A stretch of DNA of 50,687 bases from Candidatus Oleihabitans oleiphilus. Its GTDB lineage: Bacteria > Atribacterota > Phoenicimicrobiia > Phoenicimicrobiales > Stramentimicrobiaceae. The DNA lies in NCBI GenBank assembly GCA_018054125.1, contig JAGPKD010000003.1:1-50687 (forward strand), read 5' to 3'. The notes beneath the pieces are model-generated. The model was given only the letters and a program-made list of their open reading frames with translations, was not told the origin of the DNA and did no database searches. The position numbers and the translations under genes are program-made. Positions 40,778 to 50,687 of the stretch are shown piece by piece. Numbering within the stretch: the first letter of the stretch is position 1; every line of letters starts with the position of its first letter.

Positions 40778-40878
40778 ATACTATTTTAAGTCATTTTTGA
40801 TGATATTTAATCATTTATAACCTTTATCAATTAATATTGCCTGATTATTCCCATTATATTCAATTTTATTATCTTATA

Positions 40879-41880
40879 TCATTCTGTAAAAACTTCTAAA
40901 TCAAAAGAGTCAATAATTCCTCTTTTATATTTATAATAACCGGCACAGGCAATCATAGCAGCATTATCAGTACACAACTCTTTGGGGGGATAATAAACTG
41001 AAATTCCTACTTTTCGGGCCGCTTCCCTCAAACTTTTTCTTAAACTGGCATTAGCAGCGACACCTCCACCTAACACTATATTTGATATATTATATTTTAT
41101 GGCACAAGATAAAGTTTTGTGTTTAATAGTATCAATAATTGCCTGCTGCAAAGAAGCACACAGATCATTAATATTAAATAATTCGTTTCTCTCTTTCTTC
41201 TCACTTAAAAAATATAAGACAGCAGTTTTTAGTCCACTAAAACTAAAATCAAAATCATTGCTATTTAACAAAGGGCGCGGAAAATGTATGGCATCACCTT
41301 TCCCTGTTTTTGCCAATTCTTCAATAATTGGACCCCCAGGATAGCCTAAACCTAAATGTTTAGCCACCTTATCTAGAATCTCACCAGCAGCATCATCTCT
41401 TGTTTTCCCAATTAGTTGGTATTGACCAATTTCTTTAACTAAGATTAAAGAGGTATGACCTCCAGATATAATTAGGGAGATAAAAGGAGTTTGTATTTTT
41501 TGATTATTTAAAAAATTGGCGTAAATATGGCCTTCGATATGATTTATACCAATCAAGGGTTTATCTAAAGCAAAGGCAACAGCTTTACCAAATGATAAAC
41601 CAACTAACAATGACCCTTTTAAACCAGGCCCATAGCAAACAGCAACTCCATCAATATCTTTTAATGTTACCCCAGCTTTTTGAAGTGCCTCCTGACAGGT
41701 TATAAGAATAAATTCCATATGTTTCCGGGAGGCAATTTCTGGTACAATACCACCATATTGCTGGTGGATATCCATTTGTGAGGCAATAATGTTTGAAAGT
41801 ATCTGTTTCCCCTTCTTAACTAGAGCTACCGATGTTTCATCACAAGAAGTCTCGATACCTAAAATAATAGTTTCTTTCAT
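40879..41880 (-). CDS. tsaD: tRNA N6-adenosine threonylcarbamoyltransferase TsaD
   Basis: 333 aa with GIETSCDETS and HIEGH (metal-binding). It overlaps tsaB by 4 nt. Confidence 0.95.
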   Translation of the reverse strand: MKETIILGIETSCDETSVALVKKGKQILSNIIASQMDIHQQYGGIVPEIASRKHMEFILITCQEALQKAGVTLKDIDGVAVCYGPGLKGSLLVGLSFGKAVAFALDKPLIGINHIEGHIYANFLNNQKIQTPFISLIISGGHTSLILVKEIGQYQLIGKTRDDAAGEILDKVAKHLGLGYPGGPIIEELAKTGKGDAIHFPRPLLNSNDFDFSFSGLKTAVLYFLSEKKERNELFNINDLCASLQQAIIDTIKHKTLSCAIKYNISNIVLGGGVAANASLRKSLREAARKVGISVYYPPKELCTDNAAMIACAGYYKYKRGIIDSFDLEVFTE

Positions 41881-42578
41881 GGTCTTTCAGCTGCTGATTT
41901 ATTTATATAAAAAGGTATTAGATTGGAAATATCATCAGATTGGTTTTCTAAAATCTTCTTTTCTCCCATTAAGGCAATAGTGAGAGCATTAGCATAGTTT
42001 TTTTCTTCGCTAATAAAATAAATATTATCTATACTCTGAGGATGGCTAATTTTTTCATTTTTTATGATATCCTCTACTCCAGGACCAAAGACATAAACAG
42101 TTTCCTTAAACTTTAATAATTCTTCTTTAATCTTCATCCATTTTTGGCATTGGTATGTTCTTAATATATCTAAATTACCAGAATTTTTATTATTAACATA
42201 AAGAGCAAAATAATATTCTTCGCCTCGAGCTTTTATCATCGGACATAGAATGCCAGGAAGAACTCTGCGAGTTATTGCACAACAATCTAAACTATTTATA
42301 CCAACCATAGGAAGGGATAAGGAAAAAGCTAAGCCTTTCGCAGTAGCTAATCCGATTCTTAATCCAGTAAAAGAACCAGGACCAATTGATACTGCAATGC
42401 CATCTAAATTCTTTAGTTCTATCCCTGTTAAATTTAGAATACATTTTAAAGTGGGTAAAATAATTGCCGAATGAGTTTTCCCTTCTTTTTGAACTTTATA
42501 ATCGACCACCAATTTCCCATTATTGATAATGGCTAAATTTAATATCATAGTTGCAGTATCAATCCCCAATATTTTCAA
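41877..42578 (-). CDS. tsaB: t6A biosynthesis protein TsaB
   Basis: 233 aa with N-terminus ILGIDTAT and GPGSFTGLRIG. It lies between tsaE and tsaD. Confidence 0.88.
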   Translation of the reverse strand: MKILGIDTATMILNLAIINNGKLVVDYKVQKEGKTHSAIILPTLKCILNLTGIELKNLDGIAVSIGPGSFTGLRIGLATAKGLAFSLSLPMVGINSLDCCAITRRVLPGILCPMIKARGEEYYFALYVNNKNSGNLDILRTYQCQKWMKIKEELLKFKETVYVFGPGVEDIIKNEKISHPQSIDNIYFISEEKNYANALTIALMGEKKILENQSDDISNLIPFYINKSAAERP

Positions 42579-43065
42579 CAGTTTTTAATTCCTCTATTAT
42601 TTTTAGATATCTATCCCCTATTGGCTCAAAGATAATCTTCCTAGTAAAATAGTTAGCACAATCCATAGTAATATTTACTAACAATAATTCTTCTGGAAGG
42701 AAACATTTTATCTTGTTAGCCCATTCTATTAAAGTGATTCCTTCTCCATAAAAATATTCTTCATAACCAAGCCCCTCCAGTTCTTCAGGTTTATTTAGTC
42801 TATACAAATCGAAATGATAAATAGGCTTTACTCCTCTATATTCATTGATAATAGAAAAAGAAGGACTTAAAACGGTATCTGGGCTTTTTAAGCCTTTAGC
42901 TATACCCTTAATTAAACAGGTTTTCCCAGTACCAAGTTCCCCATTTAAGGCCACTAAATCACCTTCTTTGAGTAAATTACCTAAACTTTCACCCAAACTA
43001 ATTGTTTCGGTTGGACTATAACTAATATAAATATATCTGTAGCATTTATTTTTTTTAGATAACAT
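42559..43065 (-). CDS. tsaE: t6A biosynthesis ATPase TsaE
   Basis: 168 aa with Walker A GELGTGKT and HFDLYRL. Confidence 0.88.
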   Translation of the reverse strand: MLSKKNKCYRYIYISYSPTETISLGESLGNLLKEGDLVALNGELGTGKTCLIKGIAKGLKSPDTVLSPSFSIINEYRGVKPIYHFDLYRLNKPEELEGLGYEEYFYGEGITLIEWANKIKCFLPEELLLVNITMDCANYFTRKIIFEPIGDRYLKIIEELKTVENIGD

Positions 43066-43073
43066 TAAAATCT

Positions 43074-44261
43074 CTATCTTATCTCCTCAAAGCTATATTC
43101 ACCTAAAATGTTTTTAATTTTCCACGGTTTTCCTTCTTTAATGAATAACTTTGCTACTCTGGCTTTATCAGTTAAATGAACAACTTCATCAACAATAGTA
43201 TTTAGTTTTTTAGCTATATCTTCAACAGTAATATATTTTCCCATTTGTTCTCCCCAGAGAACAACCTCATCACCAACTGAAGCATCAGCAATATTACTAA
43301 TATCTATCATCATTTGGTCCATACATACTCTTCCCACCACTGGAGCTATCTCTCCCCTAACCAATACCTGTCCAGAATTAGAAAGTAGTCTCGAATAGCC
43401 ATCTGCATATCCTACTGGCAGAGTAGCTACCACCGTTTCTTTTTTGGTTTTGTAGGTTCTTCCATAACCAATAAAAGATTCTGCTCCAACTCTTTTAAGA
43501 AAAGCAATACGACTTTTAAAGGACAAGGCCGGAAGTAATTTTATTGATTTTTTTACCTCACCAGAGGGATATAATCCATAGATAAGACAACCAGGACGAA
43601 CTATATCTAACCAGGTTTCAGGCAAATCAAGAATAGCACCACTATTAGCAGTATGATAATAGGGGATCTTTAAATTACTCTTTTTTACCTGATTCATTAC
43701 CTCTTTAAAAAGATTAAATTGATAAAGGGTATATTCTTTATCTTTTTCATCAGCGGTGGAAAAATGGGTATAAATCCCTTCTATTTCTATATTCGATAAT
43801 TTTTTTAATTCTGTTATAACTTCCATAATTTCTAATGATTTGAATCCTAATCTGCCCATTCCAGTTTCAATTTTTAGATGTACTTTTATTTTTTGGTCAA
43901 CACTTGAAGCAATTTCATTAAGTTTATAAGCACTTTTTAAATCAGTAATGGTAGGCATAATTTGGTAATCTAAATACCATTTAAATTGTTCATCAAGTGC
44001 AACTCCCAACACTAATATGGGGGCTTTAATGCTATTTTTCCTTAACACAATTGCTTCTTCAATACGAGCCACCGCAAGCTGAGTAGCGCCATATTCTAAG
44101 ATTACATTTGCTATTTCCACCGCGTCATGACCATACCCATTTCCTTTTACCACCCCCATAACCTCTATCTTTTCCCCAATCCACCTCTTGATACTTTGCA
44201 TATTAAACTTTATTGCATCCAGATTTATTTCCAACCATGTAGAACCCAATAATTCTTCCAT
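43074..44261 (-). CDS. alr: Alanine racemase
   Basis: 395 aa with the PLP-lysine region VVKGNGYGHD and the C-terminal VGRVCMDQMMID. Confidence 0.92.
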   Translation of the reverse strand: MEELLGSTWLEINLDAIKFNMQSIKRWIGEKIEVMGVVKGNGYGHDAVEIANVILEYGATQLAVARIEEAIVLRKNSIKAPILVLGVALDEQFKWYLDYQIMPTITDLKSAYKLNEIASSVDQKIKVHLKIETGMGRLGFKSLEIMEVITELKKLSNIEIEGIYTHFSTADEKDKEYTLYQFNLFKEVMNQVKKSNLKIPYYHTANSGAILDLPETWLDIVRPGCLIYGLYPSGEVKKSIKLLPALSFKSRIAFLKRVGAESFIGYGRTYKTKKETVVATLPVGYADGYSRLLSNSGQVLVRGEIAPVVGRVCMDQMMIDISNIADASVGDEVVLWGEQMGKYITVEDIAKKLNTIVDEVVHLTDKARVAKLFIKEGKPWKIKNILGEYSFEEIR

Positions 44262-44288
44262 CTTCCTCTCCTTTATTATAGAAATATC

Positions 44289-44666
44289 CTAATTTTCAAT
44301 AATAACCTGAGCAATGGCTAACTGCTTGGTATGTGAAATACTCAAATTTATTTTCGTTATTCTTCTTTTACTAGCTATTTCACTGGCCTTTCCGGTCAGA
44401 TAAATAATAGGTTTACCCAAATTATCTTCTTTAATTTCTATTTCTTTCCACTTAAAGTTACGAAAACCTGTCCCCAGAGCTTTGGAAAAAGACTCTTTAG
44501 CAGCAAATAATCCAGCATAAGACTGAAAACGATTTTTATTTTTGCCTTCACAGTATTTTATTTCTGGTGAGGTATATATTTTGTGCAAAAAATGGACATC
44601 CCATTTAATAATAATTGCTCTTATTCTAGCAATATCTACCAAATCTACACCTATACCTATAATCAT
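44289..44666 (-). CDS. acpS: Holo-[acyl-carrier-protein] synthase
   Basis: 125 aa with GIGVDLVDIARI and a FAAKESFSKALGTG core. Confidence 0.92.
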   Translation of the reverse strand: MIIGIGVDLVDIARIRAIIIKWDVHFLHKIYTSPEIKYCEGKNKNRFQSYAGLFAAKESFSKALGTGFRNFKWKEIEIKEDNLGKPIIYLTGKASEIASKRRITKINLSISHTKQLAIAQVIIEN

Positions 44667-44699
44667 TTTTAATTAATAACCCCAATATTTATTTTTTAT

Positions 44700-46529
44700 T
44701 TATTCTACAGTAACGCTTTTTGCTAAATTTCTCGGTTTATCCACATCTCTCCCTAAAATATTAGCAATGTGATATGCAAATAACTGAAGTGGTACTACTG
44801 ATAAGAGGGGATACAATATTGGCATATTTATTTCAGGAACATAAATTACTTCAGTTACTATTTTGGTAATTTGTTCATCTCCTTCAGTTGCCAGAGCAAT
44901 AACTTTTGCCTCTCGAGTAGTAACTTCTTTAATATTATTTATCATTTTATCATAAACTTTATCTCTTAAGGCTAAAGCAACAACAGGAAAATTTTCATCA
45001 AGTAAGGCTATGGGACCATGTTTCATTTCACCAGCAGGATAAGCTTCGGCATGGATATAGGAAATCTCTTTTAATTTTAAGGCGCCTTCTAAGGCAATTG
45101 GAAAATTAACATCTCTGCCTAAGTAAAGAAAATGCTGATATTTTGAAAATTGGTAGGCAATTGTTTCTATTTTATCATTCTGATTCAGGATTGTCTCAAT
45201 TTTCTGAGGTATTCTTGAGATTTCTGTTATAATTTCTTTTTCATCCCATTCGGATAGCTTATTTTTTGTTTTTCCCAGAAATATTGCTAGTAGATAAAGT
45301 GAGATTAATTGGCCAATAAAAGCCTTTGTTGAGGCAACACCAATTTCTGGTCCAGCATTAATATACATAACGTGATCTGCTTCTCTACTGATAGTACTTC
45401 CTCTAACGTTAACAATAGCTAATGTAGCATAAACTTTGTCTTGACATGAATGCAGAGCAGCTATAGTATCGGCTGTCTCACCCGACTGAGAAATTACAAT
45501 GGCCATTGTTTTATTGTTTAACAACTTGCTTTTATATCTAAATTCTGAGGCATAATCAACTTCTACCGGAAGTCCTGCTAAACTCTCAATGATGTATTTG
45601 CCTACTAAAGCTGCATATGAGGCAGTACCGCAGGCAATAATATGAATTTTTTCTAATGAATTTATTTCTTTTAGAGGCAATTGTACATCAGAAAGATTTA
45701 CTTTACCCCCACTAATATATTTCCCCAAATTTTCCCTTATAACTGATGGTTGTTGGTATATTTCTTTTAACATGTAATGTTTATATCCACTTTTTTCAGC
45801 CATTTCTGCATCCCAGTCTATATACGTTATCTCTTTTTTAATTTCTTCCCCCTCTAAATTTATTATATGAGCACCATTTTTATCAATAGTAGCTATCTCA
45901 TTCTCATCCAAGAAAATAACTCTTCTGGTATAATTAAGTAGTGCTGGTATATCTGAGGCAATAAACATTTCTCTTTCGCCTATACCAATGACCAAAGGGC
46001 TACCACTTTTAGAAGCAACAATCTTATCCGGCTCTTTGCTGGAAATTACCCCTAGGGCATAGGAACCTTTTACTTTTTTTAATGACTTTCTTACTGCTTC
46101 GGTAAGGTCACCCTGGTAATTATGCTGAATAAGATGTGGTAAAACTTCAGTATCGGTATCTGATAAGAACTGGTAACCATAAGAAAGCAAAATATTTTTA
46201 ATCGCTAAATAATTTTCAATAATACCATTATGTACTAAAGCAATTTCACCATTTTTAGAACAATGAGGATGAGCATTAATATCATTAGGGCTGCCATGGG
46301 TAGCCCAGCGGGTATGCCCTAAACCTATAGTACCATAAATGTTAGTTTTTTTTAAAAGTTCTTCTAAATTTTTAATTTTACCTTTGCATTTTTCTATCTT
46401 TATACTATTGTTTTTATCCAAAACTGCTATACCAGCAGAGTCATATCCTCTATACTCTAATTTTTTTAAGCCTTGCATTAAAATAGGCAATACATTTTTA
46501 TCTCCAATATAGCCAATTATTCCACACAT
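44700..46529 (-). CDS. glmS: Glutamine-fructose-6-phosphate aminotransferase
   Basis: The true start is MCGIIGY (ATG at 46529; the catalytic Cys follows the initiator Met). The ORF-track start at 46574 adds 15 non-homologous residues. The C-terminus is PRNLAKSVTVE. Confidence 0.96.
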   Translation of the reverse strand: MCGIIGYIGDKNVLPILMQGLKKLEYRGYDSAGIAVLDKNNSIKIEKCKGKIKNLEELLKKTNIYGTIGLGHTRWATHGSPNDINAHPHCSKNGEIALVHNGIIENYLAIKNILLSYGYQFLSDTDTEVLPHLIQHNYQGDLTEAVRKSLKKVKGSYALGVISSKEPDKIVASKSGSPLVIGIGEREMFIASDIPALLNYTRRVIFLDENEIATIDKNGAHIINLEGEEIKKEITYIDWDAEMAEKSGYKHYMLKEIYQQPSVIRENLGKYISGGKVNLSDVQLPLKEINSLEKIHIIACGTASYAALVGKYIIESLAGLPVEVDYASEFRYKSKLLNNKTMAIVISQSGETADTIAALHSCQDKVYATLAIVNVRGSTISREADHVMYINAGPEIGVASTKAFIGQLISLYLLAIFLGKTKNKLSEWDEKEIITEISRIPQKIETILNQNDKIETIAYQFSKYQHFLYLGRDVNFPIALEGALKLKEISYIHAEAYPAGEMKHGPIALLDENFPVVALALRDKVYDKMINNIKEVTTREAKVIALATEGDEQITKIVTEVIYVPEINMPILYPLLSVVPLQLFAYHIANILGRDVDKPRNLAKSVTVE

Positions 46530-46689
46530 TATTATTTCCTTTCTATTAACTTCTATAAATAGAAAAATCCTCATTATTAATCCATTATTATCGATTGCCT
46601 AAATTTTGAAAAGAATTATTAATATTCCCTGAATTTTAATGAGGATTTTTAATTAAAATATTATAGCTGAGAACCTATTATTATTAAAG

Positions 46690-46880
46690 GATCAATAATA
46701 CCAGCCTGATAATCTTTTGTCCTTACCATTACTGATAAGTTTTGTGATTATCTAAAGTTTGGCTTACCTAGGAGTATCCGCCGAAATTTCGATATTCTCC
46801 TCCCTCGTCAACTTAATTATTGGTAATTCTAAATTTCCGGTGATGTATTGCTAGTTAAATAATTAAGTCCAGGCGCTAAT
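46690..46880 (-). ncRNA. glmS ribozyme (GlcN6P-dependent self-cleaving leader)
   Basis: The minus strand reads agcgcctggactt...gttgacgagggaggagaatatcgaaatttcggcggatactcctaggtaagcc... This matches the conserved AGCGCC / GACGAGGA / UCGGCGGAU core. It sits in the 5' leader of glmS. The 3' boundary is approximate. Confidence 0.9.
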
Positions 46881-46963
46881 ATTTAATTTTCTATTTTATC
46901 CTATAAACATCGCCTCTTTTTATTTTGGCATTTGTTCATTTAGCTTATATTTTTCTAATAACT

Positions 46964-46972
46964 ATTATAGCA
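46964..46972 (-). promoter_or_regulatory. Candidate extended -10 element (TGcTATAAT) for the glmS leader
   Basis: On the minus strand, tgctataat lies about 85 nt upstream of the ribozyme cleavage site. No good -35 is present. Confidence 0.35.
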
Positions 46973-47050
46973 TATTTTTTTATTATTTTATAGCTTATAT
47001 TACCAGATAATAATAGAGCTTTTCTTATCCATTATTTTTTGCTTTTAAGA

Positions 47051-48409
47051 TTAAACTCCAGCGGATTTTAAATTGGCCATAAACTCATCTATTATTTTTT
47101 GACAATCGGCAATAACCCTTTTTTCTTTACTTTCCAGCAAAATTCTCAGTTTATTTTCCGTACCAGATAATCTTATTAGAGTACGCCCATTATTCTTAAG
47201 TTTATCTTCAATTTCTTTTTTCATCTTTTCAAAATATTGACTTTTTAAGAAATAATTTTTATTAATAATCTTATAATTGAGTAACCTTTGATAATATTTC
47301 TTCATTCGGGAGGCTTGAGCCGATATTCTATCCTCACTTCTACTTAAAGCATCCAGGAATTGAAAGGAAGTTAATATTCCATCGCCATTTGGCCCATATA
47401 ATAAAAATATTATATGACCAGATTGCTCTCCTCCTAATAAGGCTTTCACGTCTATCATCTTTTTTAAGACATATTTATCTCCGATATCTGTTCTAATTAC
47501 TCTGCCCCCTAATTCTCTTATTGTTTCATCAAATCCTAAATTACTCATGTGAGTGGTAACAATTATATTATTCCCTAACCTTCCCTCTTTAATAAAGGCA
47601 TTGGTGTAAATAAACATGATTTGGTCACCATCAATTAGCTGTCCTTTCTCGTCTACTGCTAATACCCTATCAGCGTCTCCATCAAAGGCAAATCCCAAAT
47701 CTGCATGTTCTTTTAATACCTCCTTTTGAAGGTTCTTAATACAAGTTGAACCACATCTTTGATTAATATTAAGGCCATTAGGAGAATTATTGATAATTTT
47801 AAAATCAATATTTTGCCTAGTAAATAACTCTGAGACAATATTACTTGATGCGCCATTGGCGCAATCTATAACGATTTTATATTCTGGTTTCTGGAATTCT
47901 GAAGGAATGGAATTAATAATATACTGAAGATAAATTTCATTTGCCTCTTTTAGTCTTATTATCTTCCCAATATTTTTACCTGTTATATTGATTTTTTTAT
48001 ATTTTTCCTGTAGAAGAATCTTTTCAATTTTCTGTTCTTCTTGATGGTCTAACTTAAAACCATTGCCTTGAAATAATTTTATACCATTATCATAATAAGG
48101 ATTATGAGAAGCAGAAATGACTATTCCCATAATTGCTTGATAATATTTCGTTAAATAACCAACTGCAGGCGTAGTAATTATGCCTGCCTCTAAAACATTA
48201 CAACCAGTTGAACAAAGACCAGCGGTAAGGGCAGCTCCTAACATGTCTCCTGAAATTCTGGTATCTTTAGCAATCAAGACATTCTTATTTTTTTTATGCC
48301 TAATATAAAAACCTATTGCTCTACCAAGCTGGAAGGCGACTTCAGCGTTCATAGGATATTGATTGGCTAATCCTCTAATGCCATCTGTTCCGAATAATTT
48401 AGTCATCAT
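47051..48409 (-). CDS. glmM: Phosphoglucosamine mutase
   Basis: 452 aa with FGTDGIRG and the phosphoserine loop SASHNPYYDNGIK. Confidence 0.95.
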   Translation of the reverse strand: MMTKLFGTDGIRGLANQYPMNAEVAFQLGRAIGFYIRHKKNKNVLIAKDTRISGDMLGAALTAGLCSTGCNVLEAGIITTPAVGYLTKYYQAIMGIVISASHNPYYDNGIKLFQGNGFKLDHQEEQKIEKILLQEKYKKINITGKNIGKIIRLKEANEIYLQYIINSIPSEFQKPEYKIVIDCANGASSNIVSELFTRQNIDFKIINNSPNGLNINQRCGSTCIKNLQKEVLKEHADLGFAFDGDADRVLAVDEKGQLIDGDQIMFIYTNAFIKEGRLGNNIIVTTHMSNLGFDETIRELGGRVIRTDIGDKYVLKKMIDVKALLGGEQSGHIIFLLYGPNGDGILTSFQFLDALSRSEDRISAQASRMKKYYQRLLNYKIINKNYFLKSQYFEKMKKEIEDKLKNNGRTLIRLSGTENKLRILLESKEKRVIADCQKIIDEFMANLKSAGV

Positions 48410-48492
48410 AAATAATTTTCTTAAAAAATGTTATAGTTCACAATATTTTTATTTTAATTGTGCCAAATATAATAATTATTGTTTCTATCTTT

Positions 48493-49698
48493 TTATCTTT
48501 TAACAGCAATGGTTACCACCTCTGGTATAACTTGAACTAACTCAACTCCAGGGGGTAATTCAACTTCAACTTTAACAGTTTCTTGCTCCATATCAGATAA
48601 ATTTACAAAAACTTTAATATTTTCAATCTTTAAATTTACCATATTATTATATTTACCCATTACTTTTATATCAACTGTATCAGGAATTAACTGAATCTCT
48701 ACAAATGGTGATGCTTCTCTGGGCTCGATTTTTATATTTTGAAATATTTTTTCTTCATCTCTTTCTGCTACTTGAATCTGCACTTCAATCAAAGTCTCTT
48801 GATCTTCAGCAAAAAATATTCCTTCTTCTATAATTGGTGGCACCTTAACAGTAAGTGTTTTGGAAATTCCATTAACATCAACAGGTATAGTTTCTAGAAA
48901 ATCTAAATTTACAATTTTTAAATAATCACCATAAACTTTAATAGAACTTGGATTGGCCTCAATTTTGGAAACATAAAATCCTGGCGCTGGTTTTCCAATA
49001 ATTCGTGGTTTTATTGGTAAGACCTTTTCTGGGTACCCTTCTCTTACTTGAATTGACACTAAAACAGTTTCTGGGCGAACTTCCAAATTATTAAGCACAG
49101 TATTATCTTTACCATAAACAATCACTTTTTCTTCTTTATCCAGGTCTTTATTAATTGATGAAATATCTATATCGACTCTTACTTGAGCTATCATTTCGTG
49201 AATTGAAGTTGGCGCAATAACTAAAACTTCTTTAGGTACAATTTCTGGCTCGTCTGTTAAAGAATAGCCTTTTTCAGGCAAGCCAATTAGATTATATTCT
49301 ACTGAGTATTCATGACTTACAATTTCCTCAACTATAACCTGCACTTCTTCAGGAATAATTTTTATTATTTCTGTATTTCTCGGGGCCATTACCTTAACTT
49401 CTATTAGATAGTCACCAGCTTCTTTTATATTCTGTAAATCAACTGTACCAGTTATCTTTGAGGGAGTAATATTTTCAATAATGTTTTGGGGTCCTTTAAT
49501 GCCCACACTAACCTTTTCTCTAATTTCTTTAATGGACAGATTATCATTTAAATTTATCGGTTTTACTTCAATTTCATAATATCTTTCTACAAAAGAACGA
49601 TATTCACTAGATACGTAAAACCACAATATTATAGCCATCACCAAAGCTAATATTTTAATATCAAAATTATTAAGTAGCAAATTTTTTAATCTATTCAT
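48493..49698 (-). CDS. cdaR: YbbR-domain protein (CdaR, regulator of CdaA)
   Basis: 401 aa with an N-terminal TM helix and repeated beta-rich YbbR-like units. It sits in the canonical position between cdaA and glmM. Confidence 0.8.
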   Translation of the reverse strand: MNRLKNLLLNNFDIKILALVMAIILWFYVSSEYRSFVERYYEIEVKPINLNDNLSIKEIREKVSVGIKGPQNIIENITPSKITGTVDLQNIKEAGDYLIEVKVMAPRNTEIIKIIPEEVQVIVEEIVSHEYSVEYNLIGLPEKGYSLTDEPEIVPKEVLVIAPTSIHEMIAQVRVDIDISSINKDLDKEEKVIVYGKDNTVLNNLEVRPETVLVSIQVREGYPEKVLPIKPRIIGKPAPGFYVSKIEANPSSIKVYGDYLKIVNLDFLETIPVDVNGISKTLTVKVPPIIEEGIFFAEDQETLIEVQIQVAERDEEKIFQNIKIEPREASPFVEIQLIPDTVDIKVMGKYNNMVNLKIENIKVFVNLSDMEQETVKVEVELPPGVELVQVIPEVVTIAVKR

Positions 49699-49701
49699 TA
49701 T

Positions 49702-50511
49702 TTATTTCTTATTACCCTTCTTAGAGACATTAAAAATTTTTAATGTTTTGGGACGATATAAATTTTGTAAAAATTTTTTGAGCAATTCAGGTTTGAGAGG
49801 TCTGGTCAATCTACCATCAATGGCAACTGAAATGGTACCTCTTTCTTCTGAAATGACAATTACTAAAGCATCAGAAACTTCACTTAATCCTATAGCCGCT
49901 CTATGACGGGTACCTAATGATTTTTTTATATCAGTTCTTTTAGTTAAAGGTAAAATACAATTGGCACCAGCTATTTTATTTTTTCTTATAATAACGGCAC
50001 CATCATGTAAAGGAGAATTGGGTAAAAAAATAGAATAGAGTAATTCAGAAGAAAATTCACTATTTAAAATAATTCCCGTCTCCAAAATATCATTTAGACC
50101 AACATCTCTCTCCAGTACTATTAAAGCACCGATTTTTTCAGCCGATAACATGGGTACCACCATAACAATACCATTAATGAGTTCTTCCCACTTCCTGATT
50201 TCTTCCTCATGTGGAAATAAAGGAAAGTTTACTAAAAAACTACCTTTCCCCATTTTTAGCAATAGACGCCGAAGTTCCGGTTGAAATATAATGGGAATAG
50301 CGACAACCAACATAGCCATTAACCCTTTTATTAACCAATTAATAGTCCTAAGACCTATCCAACTAGAAATAAAAGAGAAGATAAAAAGTAATAGAAATCC
50401 TTTTATTATTTGAGCAGCAGGAGTATCTTTAATTAATAATAATATATTATATAAAAGAAAGGCGATAATAATAATATCTAAAATATCTAAAAGAGAAATA
50501 TTTTGTGGCAT
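49702..50511 (-). CDS. cdaA: Diadenylate cyclase CdaA (DisA_N/DAC domain)
   Basis: 269 aa with three N-terminal TM helices. The DAC motifs are PLHDGAVII and GTRHRAAIGLSEVSDALVIVISEERG. Confidence 0.92.
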   Translation of the reverse strand: MPQNISLLDILDIIIIAFLLYNILLLIKDTPAAQIIKGFLLLFIFSFISSWIGLRTINWLIKGLMAMLVVAIPIIFQPELRRLLLKMGKGSFLVNFPLFPHEEEIRKWEELINGIVMVVPMLSAEKIGALIVLERDVGLNDILETGIILNSEFSSELLYSIFLPNSPLHDGAVIIRKNKIAGANCILPLTKRTDIKKSLGTRHRAAIGLSEVSDALVIVISEERGTISVAIDGRLTRPLKPELLKKFLQNLYRPKTLKIFNVSKKGNKK

Positions 50512-50602
50512 TGAGATAAAATTCTTTCTATAATATTAAATAAAAAAGCCATCATCATTTCTATTTTAACAAAAATTCTATAATGATGTGGCTATTTTTA
50601 TC

Positions 50603-50687
50603 ACAAGAAATTCAAGGAAAATCCTTCCCCTTGACAACCCCTAATTAACCTTAAGGTAATATTCATCACCCTCACCTTACCTTTCCC
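50603..50687. repeat. Intergenic mosaic repeat array 6 (A, then D truncated by the window end)
   Basis: A acaagaaattcaaggaaaatccttccccttgacaacccct is at 50603-50645. The D head caccctcaccttacctttccc is at 50667-50687. Confidence 0.8.

Noticed and set aside
40879-43065. tsaE-tsaB-tsaD cluster lacks the rimI gene often found between tsaB and tsaD
   Set aside because: tsaB and tsaD overlap by 4 nt, so nothing is missing locally. The presence of rimI in this cluster is variable among bacteria, so this is not noteworthy.

Overview
This is a 50.7 kb AT-rich bacterial chromosome segment; hand counts on sample lines give about 22-35% GC in most genes. I call 38 protein genes, and all have clear housekeeping identities.

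Gene content by block:
- Minus-strand block, 0.5-28.5 kb: pdp, hppA, ppdK, glyS-glyQ, recO, cdd, a TAXI-type TRAP transporter operon, ybeY, pgpH, phoH, rpsU, and aspartate aminotransferase-ilvE-purB-purA-guaA. One plus-strand parvulin PPIase gene interrupts it.
- Plus-strand block, 29.1-38.5 kb: tandem glycine riboswitch, then fhs-gcvH-gcvPA-gcvPB-gcvT, an alanine/glycine:cation symporter and ald.
- Minus-strand block, 38.6-50.5 kb: groEL-groES with a perfect CIRCE operator, tsaD-tsaB-tsaE, alr, acpS, glmS with its glmS ribozyme leader, and glmM-cdaR-cdaA.

Gene order resembles the conserved Bacillota strings (rpsU...phoH-pgpH-ybeY...cdd...recO-glyQS...ppdK; tsaEBD near groESL; cdaA-cdaR-glmM-glmS). 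I cannot assign a taxon from sequence alone.

I found no rRNA, tRNA, CRISPR array, transposase, integrase, toxin-antitoxin or recognisable defence genes, and no cluster of hypothetical proteins. I therefore do not see a novel protein-coding system here.

The unexplained material is non-coding:
- A modular mosaic of at least six short repeat modules (mostly palindromic) fills about 2-2.5 kb of operon boundaries.
- It includes a near-identical repeat pair of about 200 bp and an 83/84 bp tandem array directly upstream of the riboswitch promoter.

Secondary oddities:
- fhs is a strong synonymous-codon outlier sitting between the glycine riboswitch and gcvH.
- pgpH and ybeY overlap by 107 nt.
- A TRAP operon is inserted in the conserved ybeY-cdd-recO string.
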